Assembly (NCBI GenBank): GCA_043228905.1
Contig: JBHGNT010000007.1
Location: 17,236,001 to 17,300,000 of the forward strand
Source of the DNA: Azolla caroliniana
Taxonomy: Eukaryota > Plantae > Polypodiophyta
Direction: 5' to 3'
Length of the DNA stretch: 64,000 nucleotides
The position numbers and the translations under genes were made by a program. Below are positions 24,646 through 34,300 of this stretch, piece after piece. Position 1 is the stretch's first letter. The number at the start of each line of letters is the position of its first letter. Under the pieces are notes generated by a model. The model saw only the letters and a list, made by a program, of their open reading frames with translations. It did not search any database and was not told the DNA's origin.

Positions 24646-25823
24646 TATCATGATATAACATTGTATCATGTAAAGGGATTTGAACCCATGACCTTGTGTC
24701 ACATGGGTTAAAGCCCTACTAGTAAGCTATACGTTGTAATACAAGGATATTGTTTACCAGAACTTACACAAATTAAAATTGAAGGATTTAACCGTTTTGT
24801 TCACGAAAAATCACACGAAGAGCTTAAGGGTTTTCTAAAGATTGAAGATACAGATAAGGAAGTAGAATCTTGATCTGTTGGTGAATAGTACCAATTGGCG
24901 AAACCTTCGACGGAAGACAGGGATGATTGAAGGGAGATCACTATTTCTAAATTGAGACAACAAGCTCGAGAGGACATCTCTTTCTAGCGTGCATGTGCAC
25001 TAATGTGGACCATTGACATTATGAATGGGAGATGCCTTTTGCATTGAATAAAATTGACATCTTAAATATCAATCACTCACTTTCCTTTGATTGTTTCTAT
25101 TTGCAACCAAATCATAATGAGGCTTGGTGAGGAAATCGTTGTCATGGGCAGTGTGGGGCACGTTTCAAATAGCTAATGCGGTTATCCCAAAAAATGTGCA
25201 CCCAAAACGCAACCCGGCTCTGACAAGCTTTAGTTCAGTTCCTAATAAACATTCACTTGTTATGGGATTCCGTTCGTCAAGGTGTGGATTTTACTTCATT
25301 AAAAGGAAACGAACCATTCTTTCTCATGAAAACCCATACATCATCTAGGGCGAATGTCTTATGTAGTGTCTTGCTAAAATACCTTGGCATTGTGAAGTAT
25401 TCATCCTCTGTCATGTCTAACTTGACTTTGACCTTCAACTTTATCACGTCAAACACGTCTTCGTCTAGCATTTGTCCACCTGACACAAAGTTTCTAACCT
25501 AGACACTTTTTCTTTGACCCAGGACCGAATTTATAATTGACCACGTACATTAACCGACTGAAATTTCCAAAGACACCATCTTTTTAAAGACATTCTAAGA
25601 TTCCCCAAAAATCTCAACAACATTTTCAAAAAACAAAATTTCTAAATTTTGGATATAAAATCTCACCAAAACCTTGGTCCAACACCAAATGTGAACATAA
25701 TGTCAACAATTTTAGCCACCAATTGGGCCATCCACAAATAAAATTGTAAAAATTTTAGCCACCAATGTTTGCAACAAGAAAGTAAAATAATTTCAACTAT
25801 CACAAATTTTCTATCACCCAATA

Positions 25824-25904
25824 GTCAGGGTGGCCGAGTGGTCTAAGGCACCAAACTCACGTCTTGGTAATTGAAAGGGAGCATGGGTTCGAAACCCACC
25901 CACA
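25824..25904 (+). pseudogene. tRNA-Leu pseudogene (unit 1)
   Basis: Damaged anticodon arm, truncated acceptor 3' strand. Confidence 0.8.
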
Positions 25905-25962
25905 AGTTTCCAAATCGATTCTCCTTATAAAAAATTCCATGGCTCCATGATGTGGCCCAACT

Positions 25963-26046
25963 GTCAGGGTGGCTGAGTGGTCTAAGGTGACAAACTCAAG
26001 TTCTGGTTCTCGAAAGGGAGCATGGGTTCGAATCCCACTCTTGACT
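25963..26046 (+). pseudogene. tRNA-Leu(CAA) degenerate (unit 2)
   Basis: Mismatched anticodon stem. Confidence 0.75.
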
Positions 26047-26209
26047 AGTTTTCAAATTGATTCCATTATAAAAAACTCCATGCATCCACACCACTTTTGC
26101 AATAGTCGAGTGGTCTAAGGCATGGTTCTCCAAAGGGAGCATGGGTTCGAATTGCATACTCCTTCTGCAAACTCATGATTGGTCGTGGCTCCAAAACATT
26201 CACCCAACA

Positions 26210-26293
26210 GTCAGGGTGGTCGAGTGGTCTAAGGCGCCAGACTCAAGTTCTGGTTCTCGAAAGGGAGCATGGTTTTGAGTCCCACTCCTGACA
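26210..26293 (+). pseudogene. tRNA-Leu(CAA) degenerate (unit 4)
   Basis: B box/T-arm mutated to GGTTTTGAG. Confidence 0.75.
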
Positions 26294-26360
26294 AGTTCTT
26301 GAATCCATACTCCTTTTGCAAACTCATGATTAGTCGTGGCTCCACGACACTCACTTGACT

Positions 26361-26444
26361 GTCAGGGTGGCCGAGTGGTCTAAGGCGCCAGACTCAAGTT
26401 CTGGTTCTCGAAAGGGAGCGTGGGTTCGAGTCCCACTCCTGACA
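26361..26444 (+). tRNA. trnL-CAA: tRNA-Leu(CAA) (unit 5, intact)
   Basis: Full cloverleaf: GTCAGGG/TCCTGAC, CCAGA-CTCAAGT-TCTGG, long variable arm, GTGGG-TTCGAGT-CCCAC; TTTT downstream. Confidence 0.95.
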
Positions 26445-26511
26445 AGTTCCAGAATCCATACTCCTTTTGAAAACTCATGATTGGTCGTGGCTCCGCGACA
26501 ATCGCCCGAAA

Positions 26512-26595
26512 GTCAGGGTGGCGGAGTGGTCTAAGGCGCCAGACTCAAGTTCTGGTTCTCGAAAGGGAGCGTGGGTTCGAGTCCCACTCTTGACA
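26512..26595 (+). tRNA. trnL-CAA: tRNA-Leu(CAA) (unit 6, D-stem variant)
   Basis: One D-arm substitution. Confidence 0.8.
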
Positions 26596-26662
26596 AGTTC
26601 CTGAATCCATACTCCTTATGCAAACTCATGATTGGACGTGGCTCCATGACACTCCGCTAACA

Positions 26663-26746
26663 GTCAGGGTGGTGAAGTGGTCTAAGGCGCCAGACTCAAG
26701 TTCTGGTTCTCGAAAGGGAGCGTGGGTTCGAGTCCCACTCTTGACA
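26663..26746 (+). tRNA. trnL-CAA: tRNA-Leu(CAA) (unit 7, D-arm mutated, possibly pseudo)
   Basis: GGTGAAG instead of GGCCGAG. Confidence 0.6.
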
Positions 26747-26810
26747 AGTTCCTGAATACATACTCCTTATGCAAACTCATGATTGGTCGTGGCTCGACGC
26801 TTGCCCGACA

Positions 26811-26894
26811 GTCAGGGTGGCCGAGTGGTCTAAGGCGCCAGACTCAAGTTCTGGTTCTCGAAAGGGAGCGTGGGTTCGAGTCCCACTCTTGACA
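26811..26894 (+). tRNA. trnL-CAA: tRNA-Leu(CAA) (unit 8, intact)
   Basis: Consensus sequence. Confidence 0.93.
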
Positions 26895-26960
26895 AGTTCC
26901 TGAATCCATACTCCTTATGCAAACTCATGACTGGATGTGGCTCATGACACTCCACTAATA

Positions 26961-27044
26961 GTCAGGGTGGCCGAGTGGTCTAAGGCGCCAGACTCAAGTT
27001 TTGGTTCTCGAAAGGGAGCGTGGGTTCGAGTCCCACTCTTGACA
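26961..27044 (+). tRNA. trnL-CAA: tRNA-Leu(CAA) (unit 9)
   Basis: G:U in the anticodon stem creates an internal TTTT. Confidence 0.8.
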
Positions 27045-27111
27045 AGTTCCAGAATCCATACTCCTTTTGCAAACTCATGATTGGTTGTGGCTCCGCGACA
27101 CTCACCCGACA

Positions 27112-27195
27112 GTCAGGGTGGCCGAGTGGTCTAAGGCGCCAGACTCAAGTTCTGGTTCTCGAAAGGGAGCGTGGGTTCGAGTCCCACTCCTGACA
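27112..27195 (+). tRNA. trnL-CAA: tRNA-Leu(CAA) (unit 10, intact)
   Basis: Consensus sequence, TTTT downstream. Confidence 0.95.
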
Positions 27196-27262
27196 AGTTC
27201 CAGAATCCATACTCCTTTTACAAACTCATGATTGGTCATGGCTTCGCGACACTCACCCGACA

Positions 27263-27346
27263 GTCAGGGTGGCCAAGTGGTCTAAGGCGCCAGACTCAAG
27301 TTCTGGTTCTCGAAAGGGAGCGTGGGTTCGAGTCCCACTCTTGACA
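27263..27346 (+). tRNA. trnL-CAA: tRNA-Leu(CAA) (unit 11)
   Basis: One D-loop substitution. Confidence 0.88.
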
Positions 27347-27413
27347 AGTTCCTGAATCCATACTCCTTATGCAAACTCATGATTGGACGTGGCTCCATGA
27401 CATTCCACTGACA

Positions 27414-27497
27414 GTCAGGGTGGCCGAGTGGTCTAAGGCGCCAGACTCAAGTTCTGGTTCTCGAAAGGGAGCGTGGGTTCAAGTCCCACTCTTGACA
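27414..27497 (+). tRNA. trnL-CAA: tRNA-Leu(CAA) (unit 12)
   Basis: T-loop TTCAAGT variant. Confidence 0.9.
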
Positions 27498-27564
27498 AGT
27501 TCCTGAATCCATACTCCTTATGCGAACTCATGATTGGACGTTGCTCCATGACACTCCGCTGACA

Positions 27565-27648
27565 GGCAGGGTGGCCGAGTGGTCTAAGGCGCCAGACTCA
27601 AGTTTTGGTTCTCGAAAGGGAGTATGGATTCGAGTCCCACTCTTGACA
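27565..27648 (+). pseudogene. tRNA-Leu(CAA) degenerate (unit 13)
   Basis: Acceptor, anticodon-stem and T-stem mismatches. Confidence 0.75.
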
Positions 27649-27712
27649 AGTTCCTGAATCCATACTCCTTATGCAAACTCATGATTGGTCGTGGCTTGAC
27701 ACTCGCCTGACA

Positions 27713-27796
27713 GTCAGGGTGGCCGAGTGGTCTAAGGCGCCAGACTCAAGTTCTGGTTCTCGAAAGGGAGCGTGGGTTCGAGTCCCACTCCTGACA
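27713..27796 (+). tRNA. trnL-CAA: tRNA-Leu(CAA) (unit 14, intact)
   Basis: Consensus sequence, TTTT downstream. Confidence 0.95.
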
Positions 27797-27863
27797 AGTT
27801 CCAGAATCCATACTCCTTTTGCAAACTCATGATTGGTCATGGCTTCGCGACACTCACCCGACA

Positions 27864-27947
27864 GTCAAGGTGGCCGAGTGGTCTAAGGCGCCAGACTCAA
27901 GTTCTGGTTCTCGAAAGGGAGCGTGGGTTCGAGTCCCACTCTTGACA
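27864..27947 (+). tRNA. trnL-CAA: tRNA-Leu(CAA) (unit 15)
   Basis: GTCAAGG/TCTTGAC acceptor stem, fully paired. Confidence 0.92.
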
Positions 27948-28014
27948 AGTTCCTGAATCCATACTCCTTTTGCAAACTCATGATTGGTTGTGGCTCCGCG
28001 ACACTCACCCGACA

Positions 28015-28098
28015 GTCAGGGTGGCCGAGTGGTCTAAGGCGCCAGACTCAAGTTCTGGTTCTCGAAAGGGAGCGTGGGTTCAAGTCCCACTCTTGACA
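28015..28098 (+). tRNA. trnL-CAA: tRNA-Leu(CAA) (unit 16)
   Basis: T-loop TTCAAGT variant. Confidence 0.9.
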
Positions 28099-28165
28099 AG
28101 TTCCTGAATCCATACTCCTTATGCGAACTCATGATTGGACGTTGCTCCATGACACTCTGCTGACA

Positions 28166-28249
28166 GGCAGGGTGGCCGAGTGGTCTAAGGCGCCAGACTC
28201 AAGTTCTGGTTCTTGAAAGGGAGCGTGGGTTCGAGTCCCACTCCTGTCA
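28166..28249 (+). tRNA. trnL-CAA: tRNA-Leu(CAA) (unit 17, variant)
   Basis: GGCAGGG/TCCTGTC acceptor stem (G:U at pair 2). Confidence 0.75.
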
Positions 28250-28321
28250 AGTTCTTGAATCCATTGCATACTCCTATTGCAAATTCATGATTGGACGTGG
28301 CTCCATGATACTCCCCCAACA

Positions 28322-28405
28322 GTTAGGGTGGCCGAGTGTTCTAAGGCGCCAGACTCAAGTTCTGGTTCTCGAAAGGGAGTATGGGTTCGAGTCCCACTCT
28401 TGACA
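28322..28405 (+). pseudogene. tRNA-Leu(CAA) degenerate (unit 18)
   Basis: D-loop GG lost, T-stem mismatch. Confidence 0.7.
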
Positions 28406-28469
28406 AGTTCCTGAATCCATACTCCTTATGCAAACTCATGATTGGTCGTGGCTCGACACTCGCTTGACA

Positions 28470-28553
28470 GTCAGGGTGGCCGAGTGGTCTAAGGCGCCAG
28501 ACTCAAGTTCTGGTTCTCGAAAGGGAGCGTGGGTTCGAGTCCCACTCCTGACA
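28470..28553 (+). tRNA. trnL-CAA: tRNA-Leu(CAA) (unit 19, intact)
   Basis: Consensus sequence, TTTT downstream. Confidence 0.95.
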
Positions 28554-28620
28554 AGTTCCAAAATCCATACTCCTTTTGCAAACTAATGATTGGTCATGGC
28601 TCCGCGACAATCGCCCGAAA

Positions 28621-28704
28621 GTCAGGGTGGCCGAGTGGTCTAAGGCGCCAGACTCAAGTTCTGGTTCTCGAAAGGGAGCGTGGGTTCGAGTCCCACTCTT
28701 GACA
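28621..28704 (+). tRNA. trnL-CAA: tRNA-Leu(CAA) (unit 20, intact)
   Basis: Consensus sequence. Confidence 0.93.
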
Positions 28705-28768
28705 AGTTCCTGAATCCATACTCATGCAAACTCATGATTGGATGTGGCTCCATGACACTCCGCTAACA

Positions 28769-28852
28769 ATCAGGGTGGCTGAGTGGTCTAAGGTGCCAGA
28801 CTCAAGTTCTGGTTCTCGAAAGGGAGCGTGGGTTCGAGTCCCACTCTTGACA
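28769..28852 (+). tRNA. trnL-CAA: tRNA-Leu(CAA) (unit 21, several substitutions, possibly pseudo)
   Basis: G1>A plus D-stem C>T changes. Confidence 0.6.
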
Positions 28853-28916
28853 AGTTCCTGAATACATACTCCTTATGCAAACTCATGATTGGTCGTGGCT
28901 CGACGCTTGCTTGACA

Positions 28917-29000
28917 GTCAGGGTGGCCGAGTGGTCTAAGGCGCCAGACTCAAGTTCTGGTTCTCGAAAGGGAGCGTGGGTTCGAGTCCCACTCTTGACA
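28917..29000 (+). tRNA. trnL-CAA: tRNA-Leu(CAA) (unit 22, intact)
   Basis: Consensus sequence, T5 downstream. Confidence 0.95.
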
Positions 29001-29067
29001 AGTTCTTGAATGCATACTCTTTTTGCAAACTCATGATTGGTCGTGGCTCCACGACACTCGCCTGACA

Positions 29068-29151
29068 GTCAGGGTGGCCGAGTGGTCTAAGGCGCCGGAC
29101 TCAAGTTCTGGTTCTCGAAAGGGAGCGTGGGTTCGAGTCCCACTCTTGACA
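29068..29151 (+). tRNA. trnL-CAA: tRNA-Leu(CAA) (unit 23)
   Basis: One A>G in the anticodon stem (G:U). Confidence 0.88.
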
Positions 29152-30624
29152 AGTTCTTGAATCAATACTCCTTATAGATATAACCCATGATTGATTATGG
29201 TTCCTTAAATAGGATGTAGAAGAACACACATTGGAGGATTATTAAGTTTGGAGATTTGAAACCGTGTAGAAATTCTTCCATAAACATAAGAATTGTTAAG
29301 TTTGGAGATTTGAAACCGTGTAGAAATTCTTCCATAAACATAAGAATTGTGTGTATCAAACATAATATCCACAATTATTTAACTTAGGAAATCCATGTAT
29401 ATTCTAGATTTCTCTGGAACATTCTACAAATGTCAAGAATACTCCTAAGCACACTATAAAAAGAGGCACATGACATTATTGAGAACTAATTCGGTTCAAC
29501 GCTAGTCTTAAGCCGCCTAGTTGTTCTTGTATCTTTCTCCTTATAATATATATCTTCTATTGCCATCATCTCTCTCTCTCTTTCTATCTCTCTCGCTCTC
29601 TCTCTTTCTCAAATGCATAGTATGCTCACTTAGAGGTGGGTAAGCGAGCATACTATGCATTTGGGAACACATGCAATCTTGGAGATATTAAGTGTTGGGT
29701 CCTCAAGAAATATCTTGTCGACACTTTGGTGACACCGGTTCCTCTCTATGGGGTGGAAGTATGGGGCGGTAGCATCCCTAAATCTATGTGGAAAGAGTTT
29801 GAAAATGTCCAAAAACATTTTCTTACCAAGTTTCTACAAGTTAAGAAGCAAACGCCCTACACCCTCCCCCTCCTTGAGACGGGATCGCTTCTCATTGAGA
29901 TCATGGCCATGGAAAGGGTTGTTGAATACATGCTTAAGGTTCAAAAAAGTTCCTCACATCGACTTCCTAGAATTGTGTGGGAAGCAAGCAAAAAGATCCA
30001 AAAGACGCATAAAAGCAAAATTTTGTGTTCCGGTTGGATGCAAGATATAGAAAAATGGTTTGGTAGATGGGATGCGAGACACTTGCTTCATGATGCATCA
30101 TTAGATTCCTCTGTAAATGAGGCCTTTTTGCAACGCCAATGTATCATGACATGGGACAAATGTGGAGGCTCGTGCTTCACACATTATGTTGGGATTTTCG
30201 GTCCCTCCGGATGGGATGTCCGGAGATGAATGACGGCAAGCCTAGTTGCGGTTACGGAACCGGAGGATGAAGAGAAGACCCCGGCTACGGAGCCGGATGA
30301 CGAAGACCCGGCTACGGAGCCGGATGACGAAGAGAAGACCCCGGCTACGGAGCCGGATGACGAAGACCCGGCTACGGAGCCGGATGATGAAGACCCCGAC
30401 TACGGAGCCGGATGACGAAGACCCGGCTACGGAGCCGGATGATGAATGTACCCGGAGAGAGATCCGGATGCGGGGACATATTTGTGAATATGTTTGCCAA
30501 GGGCCCCTTGAGGCTATATTTGTAAATAGCCCGAAAGTCATATGTGTATAAATATGACTTAGGGCAAACAGTTTGTTGTTGTTGCTCATTTTCTGTTTTC
30601 ACTTAGAGAGAGTGAAGAGAGCAG

Positions 30625-30655
<31 letters not shown>

Positions 30656-31339
30656 GAGGAGGTCGCGATGTTTCGCACTTGCGTGTAGATCCGAGGCGGG
30701 ACCACGGGGGTCTCGGACTAGGAAGTGGAGGAGGAAGATTAAGACCTCGTAAGGAATACTAGCTCGAGAGAGAAGAGAATGGATATGACATTATGATAGA
30801 AGAAGAAGAAGAAGATGGAGCCAAGATACTCAACAAGAAGTTCTATTAAGGAATGAATACAACAATGGTGGCCGCATAGGCCGCACCAAATGACACAAGA
30901 AACCCTAGCTAAGGAACCCTAAACGAAACCCTAACCCTAAAACGAAATGGTATACCTCACTCACACTCAAAAATAAGGCAACCCCCACAATGGTGCTCTT
31001 CCTCTCCTTTTATAACACAAGGAGAGAAGACCGTTTACAAAAAGGGTGCTACAAAATATCCCCTTTCAATCAATGGGGATATTTCCCTTGATTTTAGGGG
31101 AGGTGGGAAGGATGGGTCTTAACTCCCACCTCTACACGAACTACTATGTACCTATCTCTCTCTCTCACGTGGATGTGCGCGCAAAAGCACATCACCTTTA
31201 CACTTTACAAATCCTAAGGTGCATTTCTAGCACCATACTTATCACTATCGATAAATAGAAATACAACATGTTGATGTGCAACGTTGCACATCGCGGGTTT
31301 GCTTGCTTCGCTCGGGTTTCCGCCTACGGACGAAAATCT

Positions 31340-34300
31340 TCACGACATCCGCCCCCACCTAACCGCACATCCACCGGTATGTGCCAAAAGGGGACAAAAC
31401 GCGAGATTTTCGGCCAAGGCGGCCAACCGAGCCCTTGGCAACCTCGTGGGCTTGCCCGGCTTCGTCTTCCACTTTGAGCAAGTCCACCCCGTCCACACAA
31501 ACCACCGTCGCCTTCCGGCCCACCATCTTCGTCGAATGGTCTCGAACCGTCGGCTGCATCCGATCCGCCATACTCGACGATGCTCGCCGAGTCGTTGCCT
31601 CCACCTGATCCGCCACGTCCACCGTGCTTCCTCGAACCACCGACTACACTCGGACCGCCATATCCGATGCCCGCGCTTTCCTCCCCGTTCGGTCCTCCCG
31701 AACGCCGTTGCCGACCCTTTGTCCGCCTCGCATATCCTCCGGATCCGCCGTTTTCGTGCCGCGCACCTCGTCGTGCCGACTCTTCTCGCTCCGCGCTTGC
31801 CTTCCGTAGGCTTTCCCCGTACGTCGGTGTTGTCCTCCGAATGCGTGCTCGTGCTTCGGTCCTTCGATGACCCCATCACGCATTTTTCGCCTTCCCTTTG
31901 CTTGCCGTGCTCTCTCGCCGTAGAGCATACCATCGTTCCCGTGCTCGTTGCTTGGCCCTCATGCGGCCGCATTGCACGTTTCGCATTCCGCTCCTCTTCG
32001 CGTACCCTTTCGGAAAGGTACCTTTCTTCCCCGACCTCCGTTTCGCTCGGAGGAACACCCTCTTGGCCCTCTTGGCCCCCTCGACCGCACACATCCTTCG
32101 TGATGTCATGTTCGTTCTTTTGGGCGCATACATCTTCGTTCTCCGCGACCTCCCGTATGCCTCTCTCGGTGCCTTCATCCGTTGTGGCCTTCGTCCCCTC
32201 GCCGCCACCGTCCGCCACTCTTGGTCTCTCGTCGGCACTCGCGCCGACCGTCGGAGTCTCTATAGCCGGTGTGGAGGATCCCTCTCGGGCCTTATCTTCG
32301 TGGCCGCCGGTCTTAGCCTCTCCGTAGGCCACCTCTTCCCACCAATCTTCCCTAGCATCGTGCCAGGTCTCGTCGCCGCCGCCTTCCTCCTCGTGTTCGC
32401 CTCTCGAAGGCGTGATCCGACAGTCATCTTCGGTCGCTCGATGTGGCTCCTTCGTAGGCATGCTTGTGTCTTGGCCCTCCATCGGCCGTATTGCATGCAT
32501 CTCGTCTCGCTCTTCCGCCGTAGACCCGACCTCCGTGTCGGTCTTCTCCTCCTTTGTCGCCGTAGCCCGTTCCGACACGGGCTCGCCGTCTTGGACCCAC
32601 CCGTCCACCATCTCGTACCGGATATCCGTTCCGGTAACCTCGTACGCTCCGGCCTCCGACTCCTCGCCGCCACCCGCCGTCTCTCCGGTCTTATGTTGAT
32701 CCGCAACCGCCGCAGTCTCTAGAGTGGGTATGGAGGGTCTCGTTTGTTTCCGTTTTTCCCCCGAACCATGGTCGTCGTGCCCGGTTAGCCTCCATCTCGC
32801 GCTTACCGGCTCCCATCGTAACCGTAACCGTAACCGTAACCGGCCAATCGGTCTTGCCGGCTTCCTTCGGTTTGGGCCCGGTTCGCCGGCCCTTACTCTC
32901 TTCTTCTTCCGTGCCGTATTCTGGTCGGGTCGGTTCCCGACTCTCTCCTCGTTTCCGCTCCGGTCCTCTCCGTCGGACCCACCGTATACGCCCATTCCGG
33001 GCCCCGCATACTCGTCTTCGTATGCGCTCTCTCCGGGCCTCACCTCCTCACGGTCACCGCCCATCTCTCCGGTCTCATGTTGGCATTCGAGCACAACCGC
33101 CGAAGTCTCCGGCCCCGGTGTCAAGGGGTCTTGCCTCCGTCCGCTCCAATCTTCCTTCTCGTTTCCGTTGCCCGCCTTGCCGCCGTCACCTCCCGTCGCA
33201 CTAAGCCTCATGCCGGCACTCGGGCCGGCCATTGGAGCCTCTAGGATTGGTGTGGGTAAGGACCCGGCACCGCCGCTTGTTGTCTCCGTAGCCGCTTTCG
33301 TTCGGACGTCGTTGTCCGCGGCTCCCCCATCTCCGATTCCGTAAGCCTCTAGTATGCTTGCCACCACCTCTTCTTCGCCGTTCTCCGCGTCATTTTGTTT
33401 GCCCGCCTTGCCGCCGCCACCGCCCGTCGTTCTAGGTCTCGCGCCGGCACTCGGGCCAACCGCCGAAGCCTCTAGGGCCGGTGTGTGGAAGGTCGCGGCA
33501 CCACCGCTCGCCTCCTCTCCGCTCGATGTTTTGGGCCGCCGTGCCCCGAATCTTCCGCCCACTTTCGAAGTGGCGCTCTCCGCTTTGTAGTCACCGGCCT
33601 CATCCTTGGCCGTCCATTCGCCGCAAGACGAGAGGCTTGCTCGCTCCGCACCCTCTCCCGTGTCGTCGTCGTTTCGGTTGCCCGCCTTGCCGCCGCCACC
33701 GTCCGTCACTCTAGGCCTCTCGCCGGCTCTCGGGCCGGGTGCCGGAGTCTCTAGGACCGGTGTGTGGAAGGTCGCGACACCACCACTCCTCTCGTCCGTA
33801 GCCACCTCCATTCGGACATCGTCGTCCGTGGCTACCCCGTCTTCGGTTTCGCAAGCATCGAGTATGCTTGCCGCCGCCTCTTCTTCGCCGGTCTCGTCCT
33901 CATCTCGGTTGTCCGCCTTGCCGCCGCCACCGTCCGTAGCTCTAGGTCTCGTGCCGGCACTCGGGCCGACCGCCGAAGCCTCTAGGATTGGTGTGTGGAA
34001 GGTCGCGACACCGACGCTCGTCTCCTCCCGACTCGATGTTTCGGGCCACCGTGTCCCGAAACCGTAGTTACCGGCCTCCATGGCCGTCGCTTCACCGCAA
34101 GGCAAGAGGGTCGCTTGCTCCGCACCCTCTCCCATGTCACCATCGTACGCTCTTCCGGCCTCGATTTTCGCCGTCACGATCTCGCACGCCTCCCATACCA
34201 ACGCCTCGAAGTCGCACTCCTCCGGTTGGTCGTGCATCGAGCTCTCTTCCGGCGGTGGTGTGTAGCCGCCCACCGCCCTCTCTTCTCCGCCGCTCGCGGG

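Larger units (their letters stand above)
25824..29151 (+). repeat. Tandem array of 23 tRNA-Leu(CAA) units, period ~148-156 bp in the conserved part (shorter in the decayed units 1-3)
   Basis: 84-nt tRNA plus a homologous ~65-nt spacer, repeated; the first 4 units are degenerate. Confidence 0.97.
24745..29370. mobile_element. 4.6-kb insertion in the 5' LTR of C carrying the tRNA-Leu array; imperfect TIRs
   Basis: Absent from the 3' LTR. Ends GGATATT-GTTT..TACACA.AATT are inverted, with ACAA direct repeats at 24741-24744 and 29371-29374. Confidence 0.6.

Noticed and set aside
26445-27413. Box C/D snoRNAs in the tRNA spacers (ATGATT...CTGA)
   Set aside because: The C-box match is imperfect, CTGA near the spacer 3' end is present in only some spacers, and the interval is only ~30 nt, too short for a C/D snoRNA.
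25824-29151. CRISPR-like repeat-spacer array
   Set aside because: The repeats are 84-nt tRNA genes, the spacers are homologous to each other, there are no cas genes, and the context is eukaryotic.
30230-30602. Repetitive ORFs (ATEPDDEDP repeats) as a host or cargo protein
   Set aside because: They are translations of the LTR minisatellite, shift frame between copies and exist on both strands.
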